Shown here piece after piece: positions 1-12,860 of a DNA stretch of 60,000 nt. The DNA is from Amphiscolops sp. MND2022 (lineage: Eukaryota), in NCBI GenBank assembly GCA_964187785.1, contig OZ076409.1, forward strand, positions 89,654,001 through 89,714,000, in the 5' to 3' direction. The number at the start of each line of letters is the position of its first letter. Within the stretch, counting starts at the first letter, position 1. Under the pieces are notes generated by a model, which did no database searches, was not told the DNA's origin, and saw nothing but the letters and a program-made list of their open reading frames with translations. Made by a program: the position numbers and the translations under genes.

Positions 1-200
1 AGCTTCATAATGTACAATCACAAAGTTGGCACTATAATTGGCTGATATGATTTTCTGTACTTGCGACGAGTTTTCCTAGATTCGTACAAATACATGTTGA
101 ATGTTTTGCAATACTGGAAGATTTGCAGCCTTGTTGGCTATCATTTTTAAATGAAGAATGATTGGAGCAAAGTTGCTTGAGGAAAGTTGTTTTGTTGCAG

Positions 201-3200
201 ATAACCCTCCGAGATAAGGCTAACATGGACTTCTGTGTGTTCAATTGCAACAATTGGTTTGATCTAAAACGAAAAATGATGAAACGAGAAGTTCCCGCAA
301 ATGTTGGTGGAAAAGATGTTATTTCCAGTGAGTTAACATTTCGATAATATGCTTGCAGGTTACGTTTTTGAATGTCTAAAATTGTTTTTGAAAAAAAAGT
401 TGAATAAAAAAGGTCATTCTTCGGTCGATTTTACATACTTGCTTTAAATTTTTCTCTTCCCCGTGAATATCTCGATTTATCTGTAAAAAGACTGATTATC
501 TATCATATTTGACCTCCATGGTGCAGTGCATTAGTGAAAATATTGTTTCTGACCTTAAAACATGAAATCATTTTGATTTTATCATGTTCCAGATGAAGGT
601 TGGTTGCTTTATATGTCTGAGTGATTCATTGCATGATTTAGACGCCACATAAATTGTGCTAGTAAATCGTTTTTTCTACCTACATAAATTCACTATCTCT
701 TCAAGATCATTCCTCATCTTTTCATCGCATCCTACCTTTTGAATACTTTTTGGGTGGGTCACTGTTACCACCTTTTCACGTTTCAGATACCAGCTACACG
801 GTGTTTGTGAAGACTTCCGATATTTTCATGGCTGGTACTAATGCAAAAGTTTCTCTGATCCTGTTCGGAGAGAACGGAGATTCTGGAACCCTGGAATTGA
901 AAGAAAGCAAAACACACAGCGACAAGTTCAGTCAGAACAACGTGGATGAATTCCAGTTCGACCAACTACTCTCTTTAGGGAACCTGCTGAAAGTCCGCAT
1001 ATGGCACGACAATTCGGGTACCACAATTTTAACGTTTAAACCGCTTTGCTCCATAAACTGGCATTTTTCTTATGTTCATTTTCGTAATGATTTGACTAGT
1101 AAAAGAAATATTTTTAAAGATAATCTTAGAACATTTTTGAAATGTTATTTTTTCGTGGGTGGAAATCATAAATTGGGTCAAATCCTCGATTTTTATTGAA
1201 TAGTTTCTCAGCCAATCAGATTGGGAGGAGTCTCTATGACCTTACCTTATATGCAAAAAAATATATATTCGGAAATTTGGTGTCTGGCCTCCTAATTGGC
1301 TGTCCGTGCTGAAGAGAGAATTCATGACTCAACTAATGACCTTTTTGCCATATAAAAAATGAACGGAAATGAATTATGAAACTTTGCTGTTCTGTTGTAT
1401 CTTCTAACCACCAGTCAATGATGGTTTGCTATACCTCTGACGTATTCAAATTCTCGGCCTCGATGATTCTCGCGTCATGGTTTCAACCAATAGTTATTCG
1501 TTCACTCGCTAGTATAGAATCCATTACATGGGCTTAGACGTACTTCTGTCGGTGAATCCAAGTTCAGTTGAAATTTCGCAAGTAGTTAACGTTACGAATA
1601 GAGTGAAAAAATATCCGGCGAATCTGAAATGAAAAACTATTTTTACTTCCCTTTCGATAACTATATAGACATTATTATTATTATTAATGTTTCTTTGACA
1701 GTTGTTATCAGTTAGCAAAAGGAGTAGCAAGGTCAAAGAGGATCCGAAACAACACATTCAGTGTCAAAAATGTCGGATCCTTTAGGAAAAGAGTCAACTT
1801 GGAAAAACTTTTAATAGCCTACTGCTTGTGAAAAACGGTAAAGAAAAAAACTTTAATTCACAGATTAATAGAAAGAAAAATTCAAGGGTACTTCTTCGTT
1901 CGCTTGCTTCTACCACTTCTCGGGTTCCGCACTGGGGCTCGGTAACATCGCAATCTTCAGTATCGGATGGAGGGTCGTGGAGGGTCCAGTGACCAGCACC
2001 GGGAAGCCAACCACACACGGAATTTTTCTAACTCCCCTCCACGTAACTTCCAGCTTGATCCCTTCGACGAGAGGTGGTCAAGTCTTACAGAAAGTTACGG
2101 GGAGTTAGAAACAGCTATTGAATGATCGAAAACAATGTATCATCAGGAATTAGTAATAAAAAACCTTTCAAGCTGTGAATTTTATCGTTAAGAGACCAAT
2201 CAGTCAGTTCTAATAAATCGTTCGGGTACAGTCCTTCATCTATCAAAAAATTCAGTATATTTGTACCTCGGTAGCGTAATGAATGCTTTTCCCAGTTGTT
2301 AGAATGAAGAGGTAATTGAAAAAGAGTTTTTTTATTGCTCCTAGAACGATTGCTCTTTGCTCTTGTGTAGAGATTGTTCAGATGATCACTCGATACCTCT
2401 TTTCTAACACTTCTGAAAGCGAATTTGATGAGTTCATAGACATAAAGTTGAGGCACGCTAAGGATATGTGCGTTTATCATTTCTGATTCTATACTCATGG
2501 TTTTTCGCTTGAAGAAAATTAGTCGTAAAAGCTTTCTTTGCATCAATGCAATTTTCTTGAGATGTGTAATGTACGTACAACCATATACAAGGATACCGTA
2601 TTGCAAAATTGGTTTCACATAGAAGTTGTAATATTTGAGCAGAACATCACGAGATACAAAATATCACAATTGCGACGCAATGCCAACAGCTTTAGATAAC
2701 TTTTTCTTGAGAGAATCGATGTGATCCAAGAATTTCAGTTCATTATCGATGTGAACGCCTAGATATTTCATAGTTTTACATTCTTGAATTTTCATTTCAT
2801 CGAGAAAAAGATTCTGGGGTGATTTGACTTTGAATGATACGCATTTTGTTTTGCCCACGTTCAGGCATAGCTTATTGGTAGCTAACCAATTGTTTACTAC
2901 TTTCAATTCCTTCGCCATGATTTTATTCAGAAGATCTTTATTCGGTGAAGTAACCAATAGAGTGGTGTCGTCTGCAAAAAACGTTGGCTTTGATTGGATA
3001 CAAAACTCACTCAAATCATTCATGTATATGATAAATAGGACTGGGCCCACTATTGAACCTTGAGGTATACCTTTTTTCAAAATCTTGATTGCTGATTTTG
3101 CTTCATTGACTACAACGAACTGTTTTCTGTCTGATAGGTAAGATCTAAACCAATTCAGAACATTACCACGCATTCCCAGTCGATCCATTTTCGATAACAG

Positions 3201-6200
3201 AATTTCATGGTCAATAGTGTCGAATGCTTTACTTAGATCTAGGAATACACATTTGGTTCCGGATTTGGAACTTTTTTCTCTAAGCATTTCCGTTATGCTC
3301 GCAATTGCATCAACTGTTGATCTCTTACAGCGGTATCCGAATTGAGACTCACAGAGTAGGTCGAACTTTTCTAAAAACCTGTAAATTCGATTGTGAACAA
3401 CACGCTCGAAAACTTTAGAGATAACTGTAAGAATTGAAATTGGCCGATAATTGTTCAAATCACAAGGATCCCCTGATTTGAATAATGGTATGACTTTTGC
3501 TATTTTAAGACAATCAGGAAATTTCCCCTGTTGCATAGAAAGATTAATCATCTATTTGAATTCAATCAGGGCAGAAATCTAACTTAATGGAGATTAAATT
3601 ACCGTTATTGAACCGCTCTAGTTCGCCAAAAATTTGAAATCAAGTGAACTGAATTTAGTATGTTTTTAATCGGCCCTTTTTGTAAGAAAAAGTACCCGAC
3701 TTTTGCAATGGCAAGGTTTTTCTCTTTACAGACTACAGACCTCACATTGAAAAGTCCATTTTTCTAACCTTAGTTCCCAGATGCATCCAGGGGGCGAAAT
3801 GACTCTCCTTTGATTATTTAAAAATTCCAACTTAAAGAACAGAATGGGACCAAAAGGCCCCTTTCGAGTTCATTCACGACTGCGAAATTTTCCCGAATTT
3901 TCTCAAAACCACCCCTGAGCATTGATGAAAGACTTTGCGATTTCCGATTCTTTGGTTGTAGCCGAATCGAGAAGTTTCCATTTTGTTCTATAATTTTGCT
4001 GTCTTGTTGTAGACATCTTTTTTAAAAAAATTCAAAGTACAGTATCTGACTTTTTTGATGTAGGAGAAATTTCTGGTAAGTTTTGAATGCCATCTCATTA
4101 GTCTCTCCTTTTTGTACTCTTCTTTCCGAACTTACTCCAATGTCCAAGCAATGTGGAAATCCATTTCATGTATCTTACTAGTGGCATGTCTCTTACAAAG
4201 TAGCTTTTCTGTTCAAAAGCTGTCTTTTACGATTCCTCTTTCCGTTTCAGGCCTGACCCCATCGTGGCATTTGTACAGCGTGGAGGTGTTGGATCAAAAC
4301 ACAGCGAAGCGCTACAGATTCATGTGCAACAAGTGGCTGTCCAACAGCAAAGACGACAAGATGATCATGAGGGACTTGCTTTGCGACAGCGTTGGCCGGG
4401 AATATGATTCTGCTGCATCTACAGGTTATACTTTGGAAACTTTCCATCACAAACGTTACTAGTCGGCGCTTCATGAAGTGAAACGCGACTATTATAGTGA
4501 CTCCTTTTTTCAATCCACACGAACTGACCAGAATAGTTCTACAAAGTTCTGCGAAATTTTAAGGTGCCAAATTGGACCATTTGGCACAAGGAACTGAAAT
4601 ACAAAAGTTGTTCTTTTTTCAGCGTAACATACAATACCTGGCGAGACTAAAAGGTCCTCTTTCAGTTTTTTCGGCACTATGAGACTTTTTTGAATTTTTT
4701 TCTCTATTTTATGTTTTGCGACAGAATGCATGTTGAGAAATCCTAAATGGTCACTTTTAGCGCGCCAGGGACTCGCGCTAGCTGGCCCCCGGCGAGCCAA
4801 TTCTGTCCAACTTTTGGGTTTTTCAGGTACTGTAAAAGAGTATACTTGACACTTTGAAGTCCTGCTATTTTTGAGCCTTAGATATGGCGCCGACTTATGC
4901 CGTTCCCGGCTTGTTTGAATACAAATTGATAACCGGAGTTCTTTATATTGAAACAATTGAAGCTAAATGTGGTGTGGTGTTTAGATTACGAAGTTGCCGT
5001 GAGAACAACTGATAAGAAGAATGCCTCCTCCAGGAATCACGTTTTTATCAAGCTAGTTGGTGTTCGTGGGACTTCTCGAGAACTTTATATGATCAACAAA
5101 GCACATGAGCGTTTGTTCAGAGGGTTAGTTAGTTTTATCAGTCTGCTACCTTGCACAATCTATTGAAGATGTGAAATATAAGTGTTATTCAAACAGACGA
5201 AACCTGGATTTCAAAATTCGAAACAGGTTCGAAAAAATTCAAGAATATTGGTATTACCATTTATATGCACCTTTCAAATCAAATTTGGTTCGCATTTAAT
5301 AGCGAGGTTGCGCGGGTTTTGAGGTTCACCATGAGGTAAAACTCGGAAATGTGGTTTCAGTGGAGACTTGAACAAGTTCAATTTCTCCGCCGAAAATGTT
5401 GGCAAGATAGAAGCAATCATGATTGGTCACATCGACAAAGTAGATGGTCAGTTTGGCATTGGTGGCGGAAACGGGGATGGAAACTCCTCGTGGCACTGCT
5501 ATGACGTTGTGGTCACAAATTTGGCCACGAGAGATCAGTACACGTTTCTGGTCAACGACTGGGTTCCATTGTCCAAAGATACAGGCAAAGCGTTGCGAGT
5601 GAACGTGCACAAAGCCGAGGAAGGTCTCATCACCGCTATGAAAAGTACGTTCAATGAGTCCTGAAAATTTTGATGATTATCCAGTTTCAGCTACTGAAAG
5701 TCTGTAAGTTGATGCAAGTTTCTAGGGGTGTACGATTAATTGATATTTCATTGAAAACCAATGAATACATTAATTCATTGATTTTATCAGCGCTGTAAAA
5801 TTTCAGTCACTGAAGCAATCACAATTCTCATGTTTTTAGGAAGCTATGTAATATTTCCAGCATCGTTTCAGTTGCAAATATCTAATACAGTACCAAGTGA
5901 AAGAGTATGGAATGACGGGGGTAACATTATTTCCAGTGGAAGGCAAAGTTCTTCTCCAGCGAACTTCAGAATGTTAATTTTTCTCAAAGAAAATCTTTTG
6001 AAATAATGAACTTTTAATCTTTTTTGAATTAATTGATTTTCACCGACTTTTCAATTATTAAACTGTCATTGAGTGATCATGGACCAAGTGTAGGTTTTTC
6101 CTTAACCGCACACCCCTACAAGTTTAGAGTCCGGTGTTTGAACATGGCTTTAAAATAGGCGACTGTTCTTGATCTCTTGCTAATCGATGGTTGCAATGAA

Positions 6201-6614
6201 GCAGTAACATTCAATAACCATGTGTTTTCAGCTCTTTCAAACGTGAAATACCAAATTGAAGTCACCACTGGATCTGAGAAAGGAGCCGGAACAGATGCCA
6301 ACGTTTTCATTCAGCTCTTCGGGGAAGTAGGAGATTCGGGACGACAGAAACTGACGAAACAGTTCCGTGATCTATTCGAACGTGGTCGCAAAGATACGTT
6401 CACCTTGGAGTTCTTGGATCTTGGTAAGCTTCAGAAACTTGTTATCGAACATGATAACTCTGGTTTCGGGGCAGCGTGGCTTCTCGACAAAGTGGAAGTC
6501 ACGAATCTGACAACTAATGAAGTCACGTGCTTTCCCTGCAACAAATGGTTCGATAAAGATAAAGGCGACGGACTCATTAAACGAGAACTCTTGCCAAGGT
6601 CTCAAGGAATTTGA
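201..6614 (+). CDS. LOXHD1: LOXHD1-like multi-PLAT-domain protein, 3' part; exons 201-327, 787-1017, 4251-4424, 4985-5123, 5361-5644, 6232-6614 (stop); 5' exons lie outside the window
   Basis: Repeated PLAT motifs ([95 protein letters not shown]). All five introns are GT-AG and I checked that the phases join in frame. Confidence 0.88.
1670..3551 (-). mobile_element. 5'-truncated non-LTR retrotransposon (LINE, CR1/L2/Jockey-group-like) in a LOXHD1 intron, antisense to the host gene
   Basis: RT motifs [41 protein letters not shown]. ORFs 2664-3551 and 2115-2618 are one frame split by a single TGA. A ~430 nt 3' UTR ends in a (TAA)n tail at ~1670-1687. Confidence 0.9.
2115..3551 (-). pseudogene. 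LINE ORF2 reverse transcriptase and C-terminus, one nonsense codon at 2664-2666
   Basis: ...[28 protein letters not shown]... is continuous in frame. Confidence 0.88.
4460..4916 (+). mobile_element. Non-autonomous Helentron/HINE-like interspersed element (intronic)
   Basis: Starts TAGTCGGCGC. Subterminal inverted copy GCGCCGACT at 4887-4895, then short hairpin GCCGttccCGGC and TTGTTT. The same ends recur at 11891-12454 and, reversed, at 6913-8110 and 7524-8057. Confidence 0.6.
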
Positions 6615-6802
6615 AAAGTTGTATAATGTAGATTGTACATAAAATAATTGTAAATTACTCCCAAATTAGTCGAATTAAAATAATTGAATTCTGATTTTTT
6701 TGAAGCCAAAGCACTCACTCCCTTCAGAAAACGGCGAATAATTCTTTCTAAATCGAATAAATCACGAAAATTTTGATGACGTAATCAATGCAACTTGCGT
6801 CA

Positions 6803-6857
6803 CTTGTCTAAGACCACTGATTTGTCTAAGACCACTAATTTGTCTAAGACCACTGAT
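6803..6857. repeat. 18-bp tandem repeat x3 (TTGTCTAAGACCACT(G/A)AT)
   Basis: Three head-to-tail copies with no spacers. Confidence 0.9.
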
Positions 6858-6912
6858 CCAATACATTGTCTGAAAAGAAATATTCAGGCTACGACATGTC
6901 AAAAACCAGAAT

Positions 6913-8110
6913 AAACAAGCCGAGAACTGCCAAAGTCGGCGCTATATCTAAGGCTCAAAAAGTGCAAAATTTTCAAAATATGCTCATGACGTTTTTTTTA
7001 TGAAATACTCACAAAGTTTCACCCAAAGGAAGCCTTCCGTGTTGGGAAAACGCTTCAGAAATTCGGATATAGTGGCTGGGACAAATGCGAGCACTTGTTT
7101 TCGAAGCTCCACCTCCTCCTCAGTGAAACGGAATATACTTCGGAAATAACGTCAAAAATTCGGATATAGCGCTTTACTCCGGATATTACGTTCAAATTTC
7201 TGATAGTATTGAAAAAAAATATTGGTGGATATGTATTGAGAAAACCTAATGGACCCTTTGGGAATTTCAAACATCTATTATGTTCCAAAATATCAAAAAA
7301 ATTGAAGGGAGGACCCTTTGGTACAATCAGAAAATTTTCGAAAAAAGTCTCATAGTGCCAAAAAAATCCAAGTTAAAAACACCCAGATAGCCAAAGTGGG
7401 GATCCTTAGTTGTTTTCAAGGTTCTGGACGTCGGTTTTATAATTTTGGATGAGGTTCTAAGGTTTGCGGTATGTTTTGGTCAAACTGAACAAATGAACAA
7501 AAAAGTGGACCTCACGCGAGTAAAAACAAGACGGGAACGTCCCAAGTCGGCGCCATATCTTAGGCTCAAAAATATTCAAGGAACAACTATTGGAAAAATT
7601 TGGAAAAAAAATTTTTTTCAAAAAAAATTTTTTTGATTTTTTTTCGAAAAAAAGTATTTTTTAGGTCGCACAATGCCGAAAAACTCAAAAAGAGGCCATT
7701 CAGGCTCATTCAACGTTTTCTACAAACCGAAAACTTCAAAAAAAGTCAAGGGGGTACCCTTTGATAAATTTCGAAAATTTTCGAAAAAAGTCGCATAGTG
7801 CCGAAAAAAAACCCAAAGGGGGGACCCTTTGGTCTCGCCTGTACTTTTGGAAGCATTAAAAAATTTATGGTTTAGTGCGAGAATCGAACCCACGCTCTCC
7901 GGCTGGGTCGAAGATGGAAGATGAACAAATATGAAAGATGAACAAAAATTGTAAGAAAAGTGGACCACTCAGAGTGAGATTGTCAACTGAAAAAAAAACA
8001 AAAAAAACTCACTGTAAGAGTCGGGCTTTTTTCCTTAAGGGAAAAGGCGCCGACTAAAAACTACCCACTGTAAGAGTCGGGCACATTTTCTACCAAAATG
8101 CGCCGACTAA
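6913..8110 (-). mobile_element. HINE-like element with a second copy of the same family (7524-8057) nested in an A-run
   Basis: Two successive AAACAAG..AAGTCGGCGC starts (6913, 7524) and two successive GCGCCGACTAAAAA ends (8047, 8100). Confidence 0.6.
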
Positions 8111-8674
8111 AAACACCCAAGGAGAATTTCAGAAAAGATTACCTATTCAAGCAACGTTGTGAGACATGCATAAATGTTGAATGATTGGGGTAATGACTTG
8201 AAAAACTAAAAATTGAATACCGCGTTTTTGGCAACGGTCTTTTGCCGCCAAAAATTTGATCAAATTTTTCAAAACAAGTTCTCAATGGTCCAATACAACT
8301 TGCAACGCAAGTAAGCTTTTCTCAAACCAAGATAGTAGTACTCAGGTCCATCATGCTCTTCCAAAAAGTACAAGCTTGATATGCTTCGCGACAAAGCAAA
8401 AAAGTCTGGAACTCACAAACGACTTCCGATCCATCAGATCCTTTCCAACTATGACTCAAAATCGTTAGATCAGTGGTTTTATTTTTTACTGTTTTCAATC
8501 ATTGAAAAAGAAAAGTATCGGCTAGAAATTTCAATTAACAGTTCTGTCGGTCATAATTTCCAGAACATAAACATCTGATGTAGTTACACTTGCGATAAGC
8601 AAGTGTTATGGGAAAGTGCAGCTGCTTTTTTTCCGGGCAACAACTCTAGTTTCATCCCGCAAGTCGCATAGTTC

Positions 8675-8745
8675 CGGCGTTCGTGGTCAAGTGGTAAGAC
8701 GCTTGCTTTTCAACCCAGAGGGTTCGTGTTCGAACCCGTGCGTAT
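8675..8745 (+). other. tRNA-derived (SINE-head-like) sequence, not a canonical tRNA
   Basis: A-box TGGTCAAGTGG and B-box GTTCGAACCC at tRNA spacing; the acceptor stem does not pair well. Confidence 0.55.
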
Positions 8746-9599
8746 GTGCTATTTTTTTTACAAGTATTCCGGAACAGAAAGTTCTCACTTTTGGAGATTT
8801 TTCCCTCAAAGTGTGCCCCTTCAATTTTTTGAAATTTTGCAACAGAATGGATGTTAACAAATATCGAAAAGACCCCGTTTGCAGTTTTCGGCTTTGTGAG
8901 ATTTTTCAAAAGGACTAAAATTTGTCTTGAAATTAGGCTTTGACAGGCCCAGCACGCCATATCCGAATTTTAAAAAAAAAAGACCGGTGTTTTTTTTCAT
9001 CGAAGCCCAACTCAATTTTTACAGGAAACGAAACGTTTTGTGAGCGTAAAGGACTCCTCGATAATTTTGGCACTATGCGACATACCGGACACCTTCATCA
9101 AAAAAAATTTTCGAAAATTTTTTCCCTCAATTTTCTTTTTTTTTAAAAAAAGTTTTCCGTTGAAAAGATGGGTTTTTTGCTGTTTCCGGTTGGGTAAGAA
9201 AGGTTTTCGAGACTTATGCGTGCGTATCCCTTGGGGTACTTATTAGCGCTGTAAAATTGATGAAACTTTAACAATGTCCTTTTACCCTTGGTTCTCTGTA
9301 TGATATTGCTCATTTGGTTTCCTTCAAAAGTTCGCAAGTGTTTGCGAAGCACGGCTTCACCCCGGCGTGTCAAACAAGACGCCGGTTGACCAGCAGGATA
9401 TTCTCCGTCCAACTTGTTCTAGCAACCACATTTTGGAGGCTCACGAGTAGTCTTCGCACTAGGAAAACGCAAAAGTTTGATGGAAAAAAATGTTGACACT
9501 TTTTGATTAAGGTCATCCCATTTCAGAAGGAAACACTTCAAGAACACACTAAACTCTTGTTTGCTTTGTCGTCGGCCTGTGTGGATACCGAATCCTAAC

Positions 9600-12500
9600 C
9601 AACCAATTTTTAAATATTTTGCACGAAAAGTCGCTAAAAACGTCAAAAACTTCAATTTTTTTGATTTTTCGACAACTTTGCGATCATTTGAGGCACTTTA
9701 TTAAAAGAAAACTCCATGTGTTTTTTCGAAAACGCCTATTGGATTATCAATTATCCAACGCCTATAATTATAAAAAAATTCAGAATTTTGCATAAGAAAC
9801 GATGAACCATTTTCGACTCATCAGGGTCATTTTGAAGTGTTCGTGAAGCAGACTACTGCAACTCCCTTCAAAATAGCATACTGCATAGCTAGTTTGTTCG
9901 CTCTTGCAATCTCTTACTAACAAAAATTTTCAAAAATTGAATACAAACTGTTGGAAAGATAACAACCTGAAAAGATTTGTGTTTTCAAATTTGGGGAACA
10001 AATTTTGGCATATTTCCTATGATAACTTGCATTCATTTTTTTCAGAAAACATACTGGACATTGTATTCAAATGTTAATTCAATGTTTCAAAGTACTAATT
10101 TCCGAAATCTTCCAATTAAACGGGTTAAAAACGTCAAAAATTTCGAAAACTTTTGACTTTTTGGTTATTCTGGGGTAATTTTGAGGCTCTTATCGAAGAT
10201 GCAATTGATTTTCAAAAGTGTACTCTATTTTGAGTTTGTTTGTTGTTGAATGTTTTCATACTCTTTTTATACAAAACTTACAAAATTTTCAACAAAACTC
10301 GTTTTTCGTGAAAGTTTTGGACTTTCGACGCACTTGGGTAATTCTGAGATAATGTTTAATCTGAAAAACTTCAAAAGGCATAAAACATGACTTGATGAAT
10401 CGTCTGGAGCTTTAGGGCCAGCTAGTTTACGGAAATGATTTTCGTGAAACAAATTTAGTGAAACAAACAATCCCTAGAATTGCCAAAAAGTGGAAATTTT
10501 CGAATTTTCGTAGTTTCATCTGTTGGTTCATTTTTGAAAATCTCCTGAAACAAATCAGCAACTATCTCCCACAAAAGCCTACTGGACATCATATTCTAAT
10601 GTTAATGAAACGTTTCTAAGTTCTAATCGAAAATTTCGAAGTCCGTTAAAAAGTCAAAAATGTGAAACTTCGGACCTTTTGGTTATTTTGGTGTAATTTT
10701 GAGGCTCTTTTCAAACATGAAAGACAATTCAGTTTCGAAACGTCTACTCCATTTTGCGTTTGTTTGCTGTTGAAGGTTTTCATTCTGCTAAAAATCGAAA
10801 TTCACGAAACTTCCACCAAATCTCATTTTTGAAATGTTTTGGATTCCCGACTCCTCTTAGTCAGTATAAGATTTTGTACTACCTAGCAAACTACGATAAT
10901 TTCTTTCAAAAGGAGTGCTGAATAGCTTCATAAAGAGTCTGGAGCTTCAGGACTGTCTAACTCACGAAAACTTTCACAAACAATCACCAAAATCGTCAAA
11001 AAATTCCGTATTTTAGATTTTTTGGGTCATTTTGAAATATTTTCCAAACATAAATCAGCAAATACCACTCACAAAAGTCAACTGGATATCAACTTCAATA
11101 GTTTTTTAACTATTCTATTTTTCTAACCCTCGAAAAGAGTGCGAAAATTTCAAAGACTTTGCACAAAAACGTTTAAAAGTTTGAAATTTTTCTGATGTGA
11201 AACACTTAATTTTCTCATCCAAAAAGGATACTCCATAACTAATTGTTTTGCTTTTCGTTGTTTTGAAACTTCTAATTCACTGAAACTTACGAAATTGTTT
11301 TCAAATAGCATTAAAAGCTACACAAATAGGGTTTTTGGACATTTCGACAGTTTTGGATTCACAAAATAAAAGCATTTTTTCCAAAAACTGCTATTATCCC
11401 CTCAAAAATTCTAGTGGACAACTAATTCAGTTGTTGTTGAACGGTTCCAGAGTTTTTACGAAAACTGCGTTAGAAAAAAAACTAAAAAATTCACATTTTT
11501 TTCATTTTTGTAGACATTGTGGCAATTTCTCTTACAAAACTGCATTTCACTAATCGAACAACCCTATTGGACATTGTGTTAACTCGTTGTGGAACGTTTT
11601 CAACGTTCTGATCCGCGAAGTTTTTTTCCAAAATTTGACAAAACTTGCTAAGAAACGTGAAAATTTGGTAAATTTTGGAAATTTTGTCTTTTTCGGTCGC
11701 ACTTTGAGCTTTTTATTCCGTGAAAAACAGCATACAAATCTCCCCGACAATGAATTTTCTCATTTTCGAACGTTTTCAGCCTTTTTAATTATTAAGGTTC
11801 TCAAAAATTAGAGAAAAACTGCATGAAAACGTTAGAAATTGGAACTTTTCGGAATATTTCCCCGAATTTGGTTATAGTTTGAGGCCTTTATTAGTCGGCG
11901 CTTCATGAAGTGAAACGCGACTATTATGGTGACTTTTTTTCAATACACACGAACTGAACAAAATAGTTCTTAAAAGTTCGACGAAGTTTTATGGTCCTAA
12001 ATTGAATCATTTGTCCTAGCGAACTGAACCAAAAAGTTTTTCCTCGTCCGCGTAACATACAATACTGGGAGAGTCTAAAGGCATTGTGAGACTTTTTCGC
12101 AAAAAGTTCCCCAATGGGTCACCCTTCAACTTTTCGATGTTTTGCGACAGAATAGATGTTGAAAAAATCCCAAGGGGCCCTACTTTCAGTTTCTTTGGCA
12201 TTGTGCATTTTGATTTTTTTTCGGAAAATTATTTTCCACCAAAAAATCACCTTCAATTTTTTGATATTTTGCAACAATGGATTTAAAAAATGCGAAAGGC
12301 TTCCCCAACGCGCCAATTCTGGTCAACTTTTGGGTTTTTTGGGTACTTTAAAAGAATACTTGATACTTGACACTAAGTCCTGGTTGAACACTAAGTCCTT
12401 TTGCTATTTTTGAGCCTGAGATATGGCGCCGACTTAAGCCGTTCCCGGCTTGTTCAAACAAAAATTGCCTTGATTTCTTCAAAGAACATCTTCGAAGAAT

Positions 12501-12860
12501 CTCTTGGATATCGAATGTTGTCCGGGTTGAACGTTTTTAATATTCTAAGCCAGCAAGTTTAACGTAACTTTTACAAAAACTGCAGATAAACGTTTAAAAT
12601 CTGAACGTTTTGGATTTTTGTTCAGTTTCAGTCTGAATAAGAGGCATTTTTTAATTGAAAAAATGCAATTGCTTCTTCAGTGAAGCCTTTTAGACAACGA
12701 ATTCCTTCCCGTTTTGAACATTCTCACCGTTCTAAGCCACCAAATCTACTAAAAATTTGAAAAAATGCAAAAAGTTTCAAAAGTTTTTGTTATTTTTGGG
12801 CCATTCTTGGGTCTTTGGTGTCAAACAAAAAAATCCATAAATGGCTACAAATACATATCG
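9600..12860. repeat. Highly degenerate tandem repeat array, interrupted by a HINE-like element
   Basis: Recurring motif CCTA(C/T)TGGA(C/T)AT...AACGTTT...TTCTAA at about 9736, 10051, 10579, 11079, 11563, 12501 and 12686. Confidence 0.5.
11891..12454 (+). mobile_element. HINE-like element (same family as 4460-4916)
   Basis: TTAGTCGGCGCTTCATGAAGTGAAACGCGACTATTAT start; GATATGGCGCCGACTTAAGCCGTTCCCGGCTTGTT end. Confidence 0.65.

Noticed and set aside
1018..1199. ORF-track extension of the LOXHD1 exon (also 4112-4250 and 6177-6231)
   Set aside because: Intronic read-through beyond GT/AG splice sites; PLAT similarity stops at the junctions.
2664..2666. TGA recoding (alternative genetic code or selenocysteine)
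   Set aside because: TGA is used as a normal stop by LOXHD1 (6612-6614) and gag (52379); the affected ORFs are decaying TE copies.
6803..6857. Short direct repeats resembling a CRISPR array
   Set aside because: Head-to-tail 18-mers with no unique spacers, in a eukaryotic context with no cas genes.
8675..8745. Functional tRNA gene
   Set aside because: A and B boxes are present, but the acceptor and anticodon stems pair poorly; treated as a tRNA-derived repeat.
7055..12413. Many 60-100 aa F/K-rich ORFs
   Set aside because: Translations of A/T-run-rich repeats with no coding features.
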